Assembly: GCF_006345805.1 (NCBI RefSeq)
Contig: NC_043006.1
Span: 55,428,001 to 55,492,000, forward strand
Direction: 5' to 3'
From: Octopus sinensis
Lineage: Eukaryota
Length of the DNA stretch: 64,000 nt
Positions 26,061 to 39,212 of this stretch are shown one piece after another (within the stretch, counting starts at the first letter, position 1; every line of letters begins with the position of its first letter). Below the pieces are notes generated by a model. It worked only from the letters and a program-made list of their open reading frames with translations. It ran no database searches and was not told the DNA's origin. A program made the position numbers and the translations under genes.

Positions 26061-27576
26061 AATAGACCAGCAGCCGGTCGTCAATAGAAGTTCGAGAACC
26101 GAAGAGATGATAGTCAGCAGTTCTAGTCGGTGTCTTGTGGAGCTATCAGCGATAGTATGACAGAAGTTAGTATATTACTATTCCGGTACGAAGAGATATA
26201 ACGGTATCCGATGACTAATAACTATTGCGGCTACTAGCGTAAAACAGCAACTACAGTACAACGGAAGTCACATATCACACCAGTGGGAGGAACCCACTTT
26301 ACAACATAGAGATAAGAGGAGTATTATTTGGTGTTGGAGTGGGATATGTTATCCGATTTGCTATTCCTATTGTTTTCTATGAAGTAGTTATCATAATTGA
26401 CGATGTTGGTTCTAGGGACGGTATAGCTAATTTCGTTGCTATTACTGTTATGGTAATTCCTAGATAAAGTATAGGTAGGTTCATTTCGTTATGAGTTATG
26501 TAATAATTTTGTTATTTGCGCTACTATTAGTCCAGTTGTGTGGGGTCGTGTGTCTCATTATCGTTGCTATTCTTGTTGCTATTATTATTCCCATCTCGAT
26601 TTCTTTTGTGATCATTGTACTGAATAGCAGTACCTATTTGATTTAGTTATATTGTATGACGCGATATCGTGAGCTATGTAGGGTGCATGAAGTGTTTTAA
26701 GTACTGCGGTTAACAATTTTGCTACACTTGTACTGGAAGAAGGAATGTTTGTTGATCAAAGTGAAGGATGTTTTAATAAGCAACTTGTCAAAATATTCTC
26801 TGTGCTTTACATATGACATTCTCAATGCCATACTTAAAAACTTTCCTGCTCCACAACACCAAACATTGTACTGGGTGTCGCTTTATCTAATAGATATGAA
26901 CTAAAGAGCAAGATTTTTGCTACAAGCTGAAATTTCGCACAGGGCAGATGTCTTTGCCAGAAAAAAATAACATGCTATCTCGCTTTTTCTTGATACCTTC
27001 TATGCATTCAGGTAACGTTAGCTACTGCTGCTATTAAACCTAGAGGTTGTGTGACATATATTTTCATTTTGAAATATTTGTATGGCCGAAAATTCAGGGG
27101 TGCTCAAATATTAAAGTTCTTCCTTTTGTAATTAATTAAAATTATTTGCTATATCACTGGCTGATGCGCAGATAAATATGATTAGTTCTCGAAAAAGGAC
27201 TTCTGGGAGGTACAACTACTCAATTCATTTAATTCTCTGCTACAAAATGAAACTGAAGATTATAAGAAATTATCTACCAAAATCATGGCGTTAAGGCAGC
27301 ACACAATTGTGTAATGATAGATAAACTCAAGGCAGTTATTATGAGAGTAAATAATGATTTACCAACTAAACATGATTACAACATATAAATTGATTGGTTT
27401 GTTATATTTGTTATTTACTCTCCACCAAGAACAACGTAAGAAAACCCGACAAAGATGAGAAAGAGATAAAATAGCATTTCAAATTTCCTGTAAGAAAAGT
27501 ATTTAATTTACTTTCCATCAATAAAGAAATACAACTATGTATCTCCCACCCTTCTTTTCTGTCTATCTATCTATCT

Positions 27577-28302
27577 ATATTGTCACGCCTCCTTCCTTCA
27601 AACGGGAAGGAAGAGCTATTTTCATCATCCTTGTGGCTATGGCAAAAGAATGTATCTGGTGGACGCGTCTGAAAGGATTGGAGACAAACACTTTCCTCTC
27701 TGGTCAATTTCTCATCAACTTCTTCAAGTACCACTTGAAAAGGAAAGTGAGAGTAGAGAGGCAAGTTTTGTCTAGCGAATGTTTTAAAAAAAGATGGGTG
27801 AATGTAGCAAGGATGGCACGTATGAATGACGGAGCCACCTTGAGCATAATCCTATGAACCCAGAAATTGAAAACAGAGGGTTACCCACTTGCAAACAAAT
27901 GTGGTAACATATAACAATATTGACCGAGGTTACCGTGGTCTTTTTCGTAGGCTTTTCTTCCCACGGATAAACCTTATCTGCTTCCCCCTTTACACCGTGA
28001 TACACGATCCCTATCTGCTTCCCCCTTTACACTGTGATACACGATCCCTATTGATCGTTTTTTTTCCTCTTCCCCTTTTTCCTCTTTTTTCTTCTTTTTT
28101 TCCTTTTCCTTTTCTTTTGTTTCTTTTCCTTTTTTTCCTTCATTTTTTCCTTTTACGGTCCCTTTTGATCGAAAACCTACGCCACTTTTTTTTTGTTTCT
28201 TTTGTTTTTTGTTTTTTTGTTTTTTTTCATCCCACAAAAGAAAAGCTCTACCTTGTAATTTGTCCCATCTGTGTGCAGCCCTGTGTGGCCAATGAAGAAA
28301 CT
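27577..28302 (+). mobile_element. L1/Tx1-like LINE 3' end, copy 1
   Basis: Encodes IVTPPSFKREGRAIFIILVAMAKECIWWTRLKGLET...KRWVNVARMARMND...IIL*; 3' UTR; (TCTA)n on both sides. Confidence 0.65.
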
Positions 28303-28655
<353 letters not shown>

Positions 28656-29254
28656 GCTATCGATCCACCGATCAGTCGGTCTGTCTGTCTACATATGTAC
28701 ACGCATATTTACACGACCTGCTTTAACACAGTTTCTGTCTTCCAATTTCACTACTAGTTATTTGTCAATCTGAAATTATAATATTGATTGTATTCACATA
28801 TGAATATATGTACGTACGTCCGTACGTCTGTCTGTCTGTTTGTCTGAATGTATGTATATATGTACGTATGTTTGTTTGTTTGTAAGCATATGTACATAAT
28901 GTCATGTCAAAAACAGTTAAAAATCAACACAACAATAGTGGAAGAAGTAAGTACGATGGCACAGTAAAAGTTAAACATTTGGAAGGAAATTGAAGAGCCT
29001 GATGCATTGAACGTTAGTCCTTCATGAGAATGAAAAGAAGACGGAGGGTAAGTATAGAGAGAGAGAGAGAGAGGAGAGGGGGAAGAGAGATAGCTGACAT
29101 GACAAAATTATAATGATAACATAACATGTAGACAGGCGGAAGAGGTTATATCATTTCTATGAGAAAAGAATCAAAAGGTGACATGAGTGTGTAAGTGCAT
29201 GTCTCAGTGTGAATGCCTACTTGGTTGTGAGAACTGGCATGTGCTTGACGGTTC

Positions 29255-29560
<306 letters not shown>

Positions 29561-29663
29561 TATACAGACATGCAGGATTCAAAATCTTTTATTTAATACG
29601 CAAAGCGAACAATTGAAATGTAATCGATAGGTAGGACTACATACTTTAGTATTTAGTTGACAT

Positions 29664-30480
29664 TTACTTTGTAGTTTTTAATTCAGAAACTCTTTTTGGC
29701 ATTGAACCGATGAGCTTTATGGTTGTCTCTTGTGGAATTTCTGCCCACTTTTCATGCAACAATCGAAACAATTCATCTTTAGATTTAGGTTTCTGTCGAG
29801 TTTTTCGTATAGCTCTATCTAGTATGCTCCAAAGATTTTCCATTGGGTTCATGTCAGGAAATTGGCTCGGCCAAGGAAGCTTTTTGATCCCATTTCAGTC
29901 AGCAATTGTTGATTTCTTTTCGCTGTGTGGCATGGAGTCCCATCTTCCATTCATGAATAAATACATCGGAAGCAGTCCTTGCTTAAGTATTTCGATGTAT
30001 TTTTCTGAGTTTATGGTTCCAACACATTCGATCAGCTCAGAACGATCATTGCTAGTGACAGCTCCCCATACTATTACAGAGACACCGCCATGTTTCCCAG
30101 TTGGTTGGAGTCGTTTCAAATCAAATTCTTGATTGGGAAGCCTCCAGACCCAAACGCGTCCACCGTCTGAAAATAATGCAAATCTGGATTCATCTGAAAA
30201 AATCACTCTATCCCAAAATGAACTGGATTTTTCTGACATCTCCTTAGCCCATTTCTTTCTTTCATGATATTAATTGGTTGAAGGAGAGGTTTTCTTCAAG
30301 CTGCTCGTCCATAATACCCAAGATTATGCAGATATGTAACACACGTTCTTGGACTAACTTCTAGCTGTTTTGCAATGTCAGAAGCCTTTGAATGGGGTTC
30401 ATTTTTCACAATTCTCTTCAAACAGTGAAGCTTCTTTTCCGAGAGACCAGGCCGGCCGGAACGAGAATCTGTTGATTCTT
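29664..30480 (-). mobile_element. Tc1-family transposase pseudogene
   Basis: Reads RSGRP...[28 protein letters not shown] and NPMENLW; frameshifted; TIRs not resolved. Confidence 0.88.
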
Positions 30481-30722
30481 TTCACGAGCTTTTAAATTGC
30501 ACTATAATTCTATTAACAGTAGCAAGAGGAATTTGAAGATTTTCGGTAATTTTTCGCTGGCTAAGACCAGCCTCAGATTTGCCCAACAATACGACCTCTT
30601 TAAAAATCTGACAGATCTGCTGAATTTTTTGTGCGTGACATGGTTACTCTTCGCAAAATATAATATAATGGAGAATGGTACATGGAATGAAAAAGAATAA
30701 TTACATTGTAAATTCTACACTA

Positions 30723-30795
<73 letters not shown>

Positions 30796-30840
30796 CACAC
30801 ACACATATAGAATATATTATATATATATATATATTTGTAT

Positions 30841-30880
<40 letters not shown>

Positions 30881-30914
30881 TATAGAATATATTATATATA
30901 TATATATATTTGTA

Positions 30915-30959
<45 letters not shown>

Positions 30960-31095
30960 TAAAAAGAAAGAAAGAGGGATTAATAAATGCAGAGAGATAT
31001 CAATAAAAGAATTTGGTTAACGATATCTATTAATCAGACAGCAGTAAATGTAAGCAGAATACTCATCCAAGGTAATACCTCATGTATGAGAAGTA

Positions 31096-32388
31096 TTGGG
31101 TTGGCAACTAAGTTCCTGCCGTTTTTAAATTTTAATTTTTTTTAAGATTTAATAAAAAATAACAACTAATTAATCAATAATGTACTCACGCTTGTTGTTT
31201 ACAACTTCCCAACGATCAACAACATTTTCAATACCTCGTTGGTAGAAATCACTCGATTTCGACTCGAAAAATTAATCCAATCAAGCTCTCAATTCTGCAT
31301 CAGTACTGAACAAACCTCCGCGCATAGCATTTGAAAGAGATCGAAAGAGGTAGAAATCCATTGGTGCCAAATCGGGAGAGTACGGCGGGTGTGGCAGCAC
31401 TCCCAGTCATGCGTTTGAATGGCTTCCTTGGTCATGTTGGCGATATGAGGGCGGGCCTGGTCGTGCAGTAGAACTCCATGTCTTTTCTCTTGAATAGCCG
31501 TGTTCAGCCGTTCCATCTGTTGAACATAAAGTTCCGCGTTGACCGTTTGGTTCCATTCAAGGAATGTGTAATGGATAATCGCTTCCCAGTCCCACCATAC
31601 GCACAACATCGTTTTACGTGGATGAAGATATTGTTTCACGCACGGTGTCGCTTGTTTACCGGGGCTAAGCCATTCCTTATCCTGCTTCATATTGATGTAC
31701 AGTCACGATTTTTCGTTGCCAGTATCAATTAGATTAAGAAATCGTTGCTTTTGTCCATGAGTTGTGCGGTGACGAGCAAGCAAACCAGCGAAGATTGTGG
31801 CTCGTTGATTTTTGTTGTTGTCACTTAAAGCATATTGAAACCATGCTCCATACTTCTGCACCTTTCTCATCTAGTGAAGATGCTTCTCTATAGCAGTGTG
31901 GGAGCATTCCATTTCCTCTGTCAGTTCTCTTATCGTTTGACGAGAATTTTCGTGCAAAAGTTGGTTTTATCGCTCTTCATCGAACTCAACTGGACGGCCA
32001 GAACGAGGTGCATCTTTGAGGTCAAAATTTCCATTTTTGAACTTGGCATACCATCATGAGCGGTTCTTTCAGCTATGGCAGCCTCTCCCTACAAAGCACA
32101 AATGTCACGAGTAGCTTTTGCGGCCTTAGAACCTTGATTAAAAGCAAAAAGAAGGAGGCATCAAAAATGCTCGTTTTTCTTAACTTGACGTTCCATTTTA
32201 ATGATCTGAAAATAAACAAAATTTAACTAAAATTAACTAGAAAAAAACCCCAAACAAAATAGATTAAAAAATGATTAAAAATTGATTCAAAAATAGATTT
32301 CTCGAAAGAAATAGATTCCAAAATTTAAAAACGCAATAAATTCCAAAATTAAAAAAAAAAAACGGCGGGAACTTAGTTGCCAACACAA
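31096..32388 (-). mobile_element. Full-length decayed mariner
   Basis: About 30-bp TIRs ttg(g/t)gttggcaactaagttcc(t/c)gccgttttt; TA on both sides; 1293 bp; reads KTMLCVWWD and LHDQARPH. Confidence 0.93.
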
Positions 32389-33849
32389 TAGATTGGCAAT
32401 AAAAATTACGTATAGAGAAAATTTCATCTTTATTGTATATAAACACCCACGCACACACACCCACACAAAATATATATATATATATATATATACATACCTA
32501 CATACATATATATGTGTGTGTATGTGTTTGTGTTTGTGTACATGTGTGTGTGTAAGTGTAGTGGTGTTAGTGTGATCAAGTGTGTGTGTGTAATTGTTAA
32601 CGAAATAGTGTGAAAGCGTATGTATGAAGCTATGTGAGCACCTATGCGCTCGAGACTACGTGTGCGTGCTGCATGTGTGTGTGTGTGCGTGTGTGCGTGC
32701 GTATGTGTTTGTGTGCGTGTATGCACGCGTGTGTCTGGGTATATGAATCTAGAATGCGATGTAGAGTTAATTAGTGTAGAAAGGTCGAACTAGTGTGTGA
32801 TGTAAACGGCATTATTTGCGTGTCTGTGTTCGTGTAATACATTAGCGTATTGCGATAAGAGAACAGGAGGGTTTTCAGGAAAGAGTTGCAGTGTGTGTTG
32901 GAGTGCGTAAAAAAGTGTGTTGCTTAAGTGCAGTCGTGCGTCAGTAAGAAGAGAGCGTGTTTGAAGACGAAAAATCCGAGATGGTAGAAAGCCAATCAAA
33001 TATAGTAAACACCTAAAACAATAAAATTCTCAGGATGTAGGGCCGAGAAGGTAAATAAGTGAAAGTGTAGAAAATGTTGGGAGGTTGACGGCACGTGCGG
33101 ATTTGAGCGACAGAAAATGACTGGCGAAAGGAGGAGCAGAGAGAAATGTGTTCAAGAGGAGAGCTTAGGTAAATAGAAAGAAGTGGTCAAATAATGTATT
33201 CATGTGAGTGTGTGTGTGGATCGGAGTGGCTCTGTTGTAGTCAGCAGTCATCTGTCGAGCGATAAGTGGAGAAGAGAAAAAATGGGTGATTGAAAACTGC
33301 GATTCAGTTAAATATTTTGTTAAATAGTAAATGTTTGCCCAAATGCCTTTTTGTGAATCCGTATATATGTGCGTGGCTTATAGACAGAAATGGTATGTGA
33401 GAGGTGTATAAGTGTGTGTATGTAAGGAAATATCAATGAAACGTGTGTACCTATGTGTGAATGAACAGAAATAGTCGGAGACGGAGATGTGCATGTGTAT
33501 ATAAATATGTGACTAGGTGTAGTTTGAAATATGCAAAATGTGTTTACATTTGTGTGGGGTGGGAATTATGTGGGGTATAGAGTGTAGGTAGAATGTGGGT
33601 AAGTTTGGAATGTGAGTAGAATGTGTGGGGTATTTGTACGGGTTTAGATTTAAGTGTGGGTGAGATAAAATATGAGCGTGCGTTTGTATAGGCTAGAGAA
33701 TGGTTGGAACAACGAGAGAGCAGGGATGAAAAGAGAGCAAAGAAGCACAGGTGTAATTATAGGGTCGACAGTGAGAATGCCGGTGTGGAAGTGTAGGCTA
33801 GGTAAACTGAGGGTAGAAATTTAAGTCATAAGAAGTGAAAATCTATGAA

Positions 33850-35100
33850 AAGAAAACTAGCCCCTGTTCCCACTGGAAACAAGATGTAGGAGATTCAGTG
33901 TTGGAGGCCAAACCAAAGTCTAAGTGTTGCTGGACTGGTCGGTAGATCGTAAATGTTGAGCGACAGATGACCCATTACTACGTCATATGTTCTTGATATA
34001 CTCCGCGAACCTGTCGGAGGCCAGTTTCATGAGGGAATACTTGAGCGCATAGACGAGAGTAGAAGAAGTGTACGGAAAGAGTACCTAATATGGAAGATGC
34101 GGTGGCTGGGTCCGTTGACGGCAGTGGTGTTGAAAAGGAAAAGTCAAGAGTACCAGTGGGGGACAACAAAAAAGGATGGATCCATATTGGGTATGGGGTT
34201 GAAACGAGAAGGCTGCAGAGGCTTTGGTGGCTACGGTGGCTGCGGTGGGTGCAGTAGCTGTGGAGATTGTACTTGTTTAATGTGATACTTGTTTTGTGGG
34301 GGGGGGGAAATGTTTTTGGAGTGTTCTGAAAAATAATTTAGCTATTGGTGTGGAGAATCGTGTGTTACAAAGGAGATTCACCCAGATAAATTTCCATTTT
34401 TATTCGTACGTTGTTTTATCTATTGTGGGTATAATATTGTACGTTTACTTTTTCCATATAACCGTTATTATTGACAGCTTCGTCATATGGAATTACTATT
34501 TCGTTGAGTATTTTTCATTGGAAAGTAAAGAAAGTCTTACAGATATGTTTCTAAATTGGTTCTTTCATTATGTTTTGGGAATGGTTGGCTTCTCTGTGTA
34601 TATGATGGATTTTTCGCAAACTCTCTTGTAGAGTTTATAGATAAAGGATTTGAAGACGAAGGTAACATCCAGAAAGTTTACTGATTCTAGGTGTGCGTAA
34701 CCGTAATAGAGAAACCAAAGTTTTTAAAGAAGTATTATAGTTCTTTCTTAAATTTATGGGTTTTTTTTGTGGGTTGTAGTCTCTTAGTAGCTGTAGACAG
34801 TCGTCCTTGTAGAGACTACCTAAGATGAATGGAAATTCGCTGCGTAAGCTTGCAAATATGTGAAGGCCGATGATGTTGCTTTCCTATGCTCAGTATTTTG
34901 ATCCCATGCTTACATTAAATGATTCTTAAGCGTTTTTCTTAATCCAAAAGAGCATTGTTGTGGAAGAGGAGGGATTTCCTTGCTTCTAATATTGTTCCTA
35001 TTTCAGTGTCATTTATTATGGTTATTGTCTTTGCGAAGTTCAAAGCAGCCATAGAAATAGATTTTGTTATTGATAAGTTATAATATTTCATGTCAAACTG
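33850..35100 (-). mobile_element. Old Penelope-like element (RT, linker, EN remnants)
   Basis: Reads SMGS...GSLYKDD, VNFLDVTF and KFIWVNL...QKHFP. The simple-repeat-rich 32450-33850 is probably its 3' region. Confidence 0.6.
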
Positions 35101-35858
35101 AAAGACACAATATTCATTTTTATTTAGAATCTTGTTGAAAATACTTCATATACATTAGTCCAGAGAGGTACTGACGAGATTGCTTTTATTTTTGGCGAAA
35201 CTTTTTCTAGTATTTGTTCTTAACTAACAATACCTACTTTAATGGTTAGCCCGAGGCTACGCTGAGTGCGAATCAACGCACAATGACAATTGGTTGCAAA
35301 GCGAACATTTACACCTCACAGTTTGCTGATATTTTAAATAATTTATTATTCTAGATGTTTTCATCCGTGGAGAATAATTAACGTCACTTTGAATATATAA
35401 CAGTGCTCTAACTTTCCATTTTGCCTGAAAACACTGCTTTCCAAAATGTGAACAACGACTATTGAATGTTGTCTACAATTTAAAGTAGTTGGACATATAT
35501 ATTCGGAATGAGTATATTCATGCCTTGAAGTCATTGATATCACTAAATTCTACTATGAAAGACGTGGATAGTGTTCTAATTAAGAATAAATTAGTCGTAT
35601 GAGAGCTTTCTGGGAGAAAGAAGAAGGAGGACAAGGAAAAGAAAAGGAAGAGGCGGAGGAGTAGGAGAAGAAGAAACAAGGAGGAGAAAGCGAAAGAGGA
35701 GGAGGAGAAGAAAACGAAGAAATTGAAAATGAGTGTCAGTGCTAATTTCAAAAGTGCGCGCGCACACACACACATACATATATATAACGTGTGTGAATAT
35801 ATATAGATATATATAAAATATGTATGCGTGTGTATCTATCTATCTATCTATCTATCTA

Positions 35859-35942
<84 letters not shown>

Positions 35943-36023
35943 CAATTGCAGCGTGGAAGGTGTTTGTAAGCCATTTAAGAAACACACAAAAGCCGTTCGA
36001 TTCACTTCAACATTTAAGTTTAA

Positions 36024-36073
36024 TTTGTCAAAATATTTTCGTCGCTAAAATCCGCGACCTGTTCACTGACAAA
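36024..36073 (-). ncRNA. Hammerhead fold, G3-C8 variant (left arm)
   Basis: Exact reverse complement of 36519-36568. Confidence 0.7.
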
Positions 36074-36518
36074 AATCCGTGCTGCATCTGAGAAAGTAAC
36101 AGTTAATTCGTCATATATATGTACATATGTATGTGTGTATGTATGTGTGTATGTGTGTAGGGTTTTGTTTTGGGGGTGAGGGTCGTAAATCACTTCCTAG
36201 TTTCGGCGGGGGAGGTTGAAATTTGATATTATTGTGATGAGTGGTCAGTCTACATCTATCCATCACTACAGGTTTATAGCTTTATGTTTATAGTGTGTAT
36301 GTGCGTGCATATACACACACATACATACATACATACATACATACATACATACATACATACATACATGCATACACAGGCGTATGTATGTACATACATACAT
36401 ACATACATATATACATGCATACATGCGTGTATGCATACATACACACATACATACACACATACATACGTACATATATATGACGAACTAACTGTTACTTTCT
36501 CAGATGCAGCACGGGTTT

Positions 36519-36568
36519 TTTGTCAGTGAACAGGTCGCGGATTTTAGCGACGAAAATATTTTGACAAA
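36519..36568 (+). ncRNA. Hammerhead fold, G3-C8 variant (right arm)
   Basis: TTTGTCA-GTGAACA-G-GTCGC(GGATTTTA)GCGAC-GAAA-ATATTT-TGACAAA. Confidence 0.7.
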
Positions 36569-36703
36569 TTAAACTTAAATGTTGAAGTGAATCGAACGGC
36601 TTTTGTGTGTTTCTTAAATGGCTTACAAACACCTTCCACGCTGCAATTGTTTTCGTTTCAGCACACGATCTCAGATCAAATCACTTACTATGCGAGTACA
36701 TCT

Positions 36704-36744
<41 letters not shown>

Positions 36745-36748
<4 letters not shown>

Positions 36749-38028
36749 GATTGTCCGGAAAGTTCGTGCCGATTTTTAGAGGAAAGAAAAAGGTCAATAA
36801 ATACTTGCCATTACATTTTTAATCAACCAAATATGAACCATTTTGTTGCACAATGCGTTTCCGTCTTTCCTTGAACGTGAAAATACCATCTTCCCAGAAT
36901 TAAGGTTTCATGGCAAATAATTTATCAAGGTATCTTTTTACGTCATCCAGGGAATTGAAATTTTTACCATTAAGACTATTCTGCAGAGACCTGAATAAGT
37001 GGAAATCGGAAGGAGCAACATCTGGTGAATATGGAAGATGGGGTAACACATCTCGGCCGAGCTGGAGTAATTTTTGTCTGGTTTCCAACGAAACGTGCGG
37101 TCTTGCATTATCATGTTGGAAAACAACACCCTTCCTGTTGGCCAATTCTGGACGTTTCTCTTGAATTGCTGCTTTTAACTCGTCCAGTTATCTGCAGTAT
37201 TTCTCAGAATTAATTGTCTGGTTACTTGGGAGAATCTTATAGTACAGAATTCCTTCCCAATCCCACCAGACACAAAGCAAGATTTTTTAGGGTAAAGACC
37301 CGCTTTTGGGATGGTTAAGGGTGGCTCTTGTCACTTACTCCTTGATCGCTTTCTCTGAACATTTCGGTAGATAATCCATTTCTCATCACCTGTTAAAATT
37401 TGATTAAAAAAAAAAGGCGCATTTTCATTCCGTTTGTAAAGCGAATCACAGATGGAAACGCGATCCAAAAGCTTCTCACTTAACTCATGTGGTACCCAAA
37501 CATCGTAGCGATTTGTGTACCCAAGCTTTACCAGATGCTCATGAACGACGGATTTTGATAGGTTGAGGCTTTCTGCCAATTCTCGGGTTGAGTAATGTGG
37601 GTTATTCTCAATGACTTGATTTGGTCATCATCTGTAGTGGATGGTCTGACTGATCGCTCTTTATCAATGTCCTGCAATGTCCCGCTACAATGTACCGCTC
37701 GAAACCTTGCGAACCACTTCCGTACAGTATTTTCGGATGAAGAAACATCACCGTAAACTGCGCATATTTCTTTGGTTGCTTGTGAGGCATTTTCCCCTTT
37801 ACGGAAAAAGAAAAGCATCAAGTGCCGAAAATGAACTTTCCTATCTTCCATTTTAAAGGGTTACAGAATTAACACAGGTCATAGGAACATAAACCTTCTT
37901 CCATGAAAATATAGCTTAAACTGTGCTATAAATGGAGGTGTTGTCAAATTCCATTGTAGTCAAATTCCATGTTCTAAAATAAGTCGAAAGGTAAGCTACT
38001 ATAAATCGGCACCAACTTTCCGGACAAC

Positions 38029-38032
<4 letters not shown>
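36745..38032 (-). mobile_element. Full-length decayed mariner (DD34D type) inserted in (TA)n
   Basis: TIRs ttggg(a)ttgtccggaaagtt(c/g)gtgccgatt; reads MEDRKVHFRHLMLFFFRKG, LTGDEKW, QHDNARPH and YSPDVAPSDFHLF; 1288 bp. Confidence 0.95.
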
Positions 38033-38111
<79 letters not shown>

Positions 38112-38208
38112 CGGGAAGCTTTATGAAAATAAACAAAAGACGAAGGCAGGTGGAGTACAAACAAACAATTGTATTAGTATGGCGCCCAGGAATATAAATA
38201 AAACAAGT

Positions 38209-38244
38209 CTTTTAAGTTTCGATCCTACGCTCTTCAACAGAAAG
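38209..38244 (-). pseudogene. Degenerate hammerhead motif (U6 core)
   Basis: CTTT-CTGTTGA-A-GAGC(GTAG)GATC-GAAAC-TTA-AAAG. Confidence 0.5.
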
Positions 38245-38509
38245 ATACACAGAAAAGAAACACGGAGAGAAACAAGGAGAGAAAAAAAATGCGTGCAGAA
38301 GCTAGCGATTCAACATGGCGATCTGATTCCGGCCAGAAGTCAGAGATCAGACGTGAGAGCGAAAGTAGGGGAGATAACAGGGTCAAATGACTTCGCCCCA
38401 ACATAAGGGTGCGTGTGTGTATGAGAGAGTATGTAGTGCGTATGAAAGGTCTGGACGTGTGTATGTATGTATGATGTGATGTATAATGTCGTATAGTGTA
38501 GTGTAGAGA

Positions 38510-38945
38510 GAGGAGATGAGGGGGAGAGGGGAGGAGGAGGGAGGAGAGATCAGGGGGAGGATGAGAGGGGGGAAGAAGGGGGATAAGGAAAGAGACGAGG
38601 AGGGAGGAGGGAGAAGAGGAGAGGTGAGAGTGAGGAGGGTGAGATGAGATGAGATGAGGGGAGGGTGAGAGGGGGTGGGGAGAAGGAAAGAAGAGAAGAG
38701 GAGGGAGGAGGAGGGGAGGGGAGAAGGAAGGAGAGGAGAAGAGGAAGGGGAGGATAAGAAGAGGGGTAGAGGGAGGAGAAGGGGAGCGAGGAAGCAGAGA
38801 AAGAGAGAAGGGGAAGAGGGAAGAAGAAAGAGGAAAGAAGAGGAGGGAAGAAGGGAAGAGGAGGGAAAGAGAGTAGGGGTGAAAAGATGAAGGACTGAAG
38901 AGAAGTAGGAGTCGGGGGGGGAGGTTAGATGAGGAGGGGGAGAGT
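38510..38945 (+). repeat. About 430-bp polypurine (GA/GGA-rich) tract
   Basis: Almost exclusively G and A on the plus strand. Confidence 0.9.
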
Positions 38946-39212
38946 TGAGACCAAATGGCGTAAAAGAGCGAAGAGAGAAGATTAATCCCTGTTCACGGCG
39001 CAAACGGGAATCCGGATGGCCTCTGTATATATATTTATATATATATATATATATATATATGGAGGTTATGATAGGTAATGGCGTCATTGAGACCCATAAG
39101 TGTCAATTAATGCTGAATAAGTGCTATAGATGGACCGCAGATAAGTTCCAGGTTCGGTGATTATGCGAATAAGGGGTTCAACGTTGGTCATATGTCAGCG
39201 TGTGCATATAAA

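Larger units (their letters stand above)
35942..36650. repeat. About 215-bp inverted repeat pair, pLTR-like and HHR-bearing
   Basis: 35942-36157 mirrors about 36435-36650 with few mismatches. Confidence 0.92.
38110..39200 (-). mobile_element. PLE 3' region (EN end, low-complexity spacer, pLTR)
   Basis: A faint ALI...GLN terminus near 39080 and an HHR-like motif at 38209-38244, ending at (TA)n. Confidence 0.5.

Noticed and set aside
26700-27015. Moderately GC-rich stretch ending at CAG|GTAACG
   Set aside because: Candidate exon frames are short and unrecognised.
27253-27275. CTGAAGA-TTATAA-GAAA
   Set aside because: No viable stem II loop and no stem I pairing.
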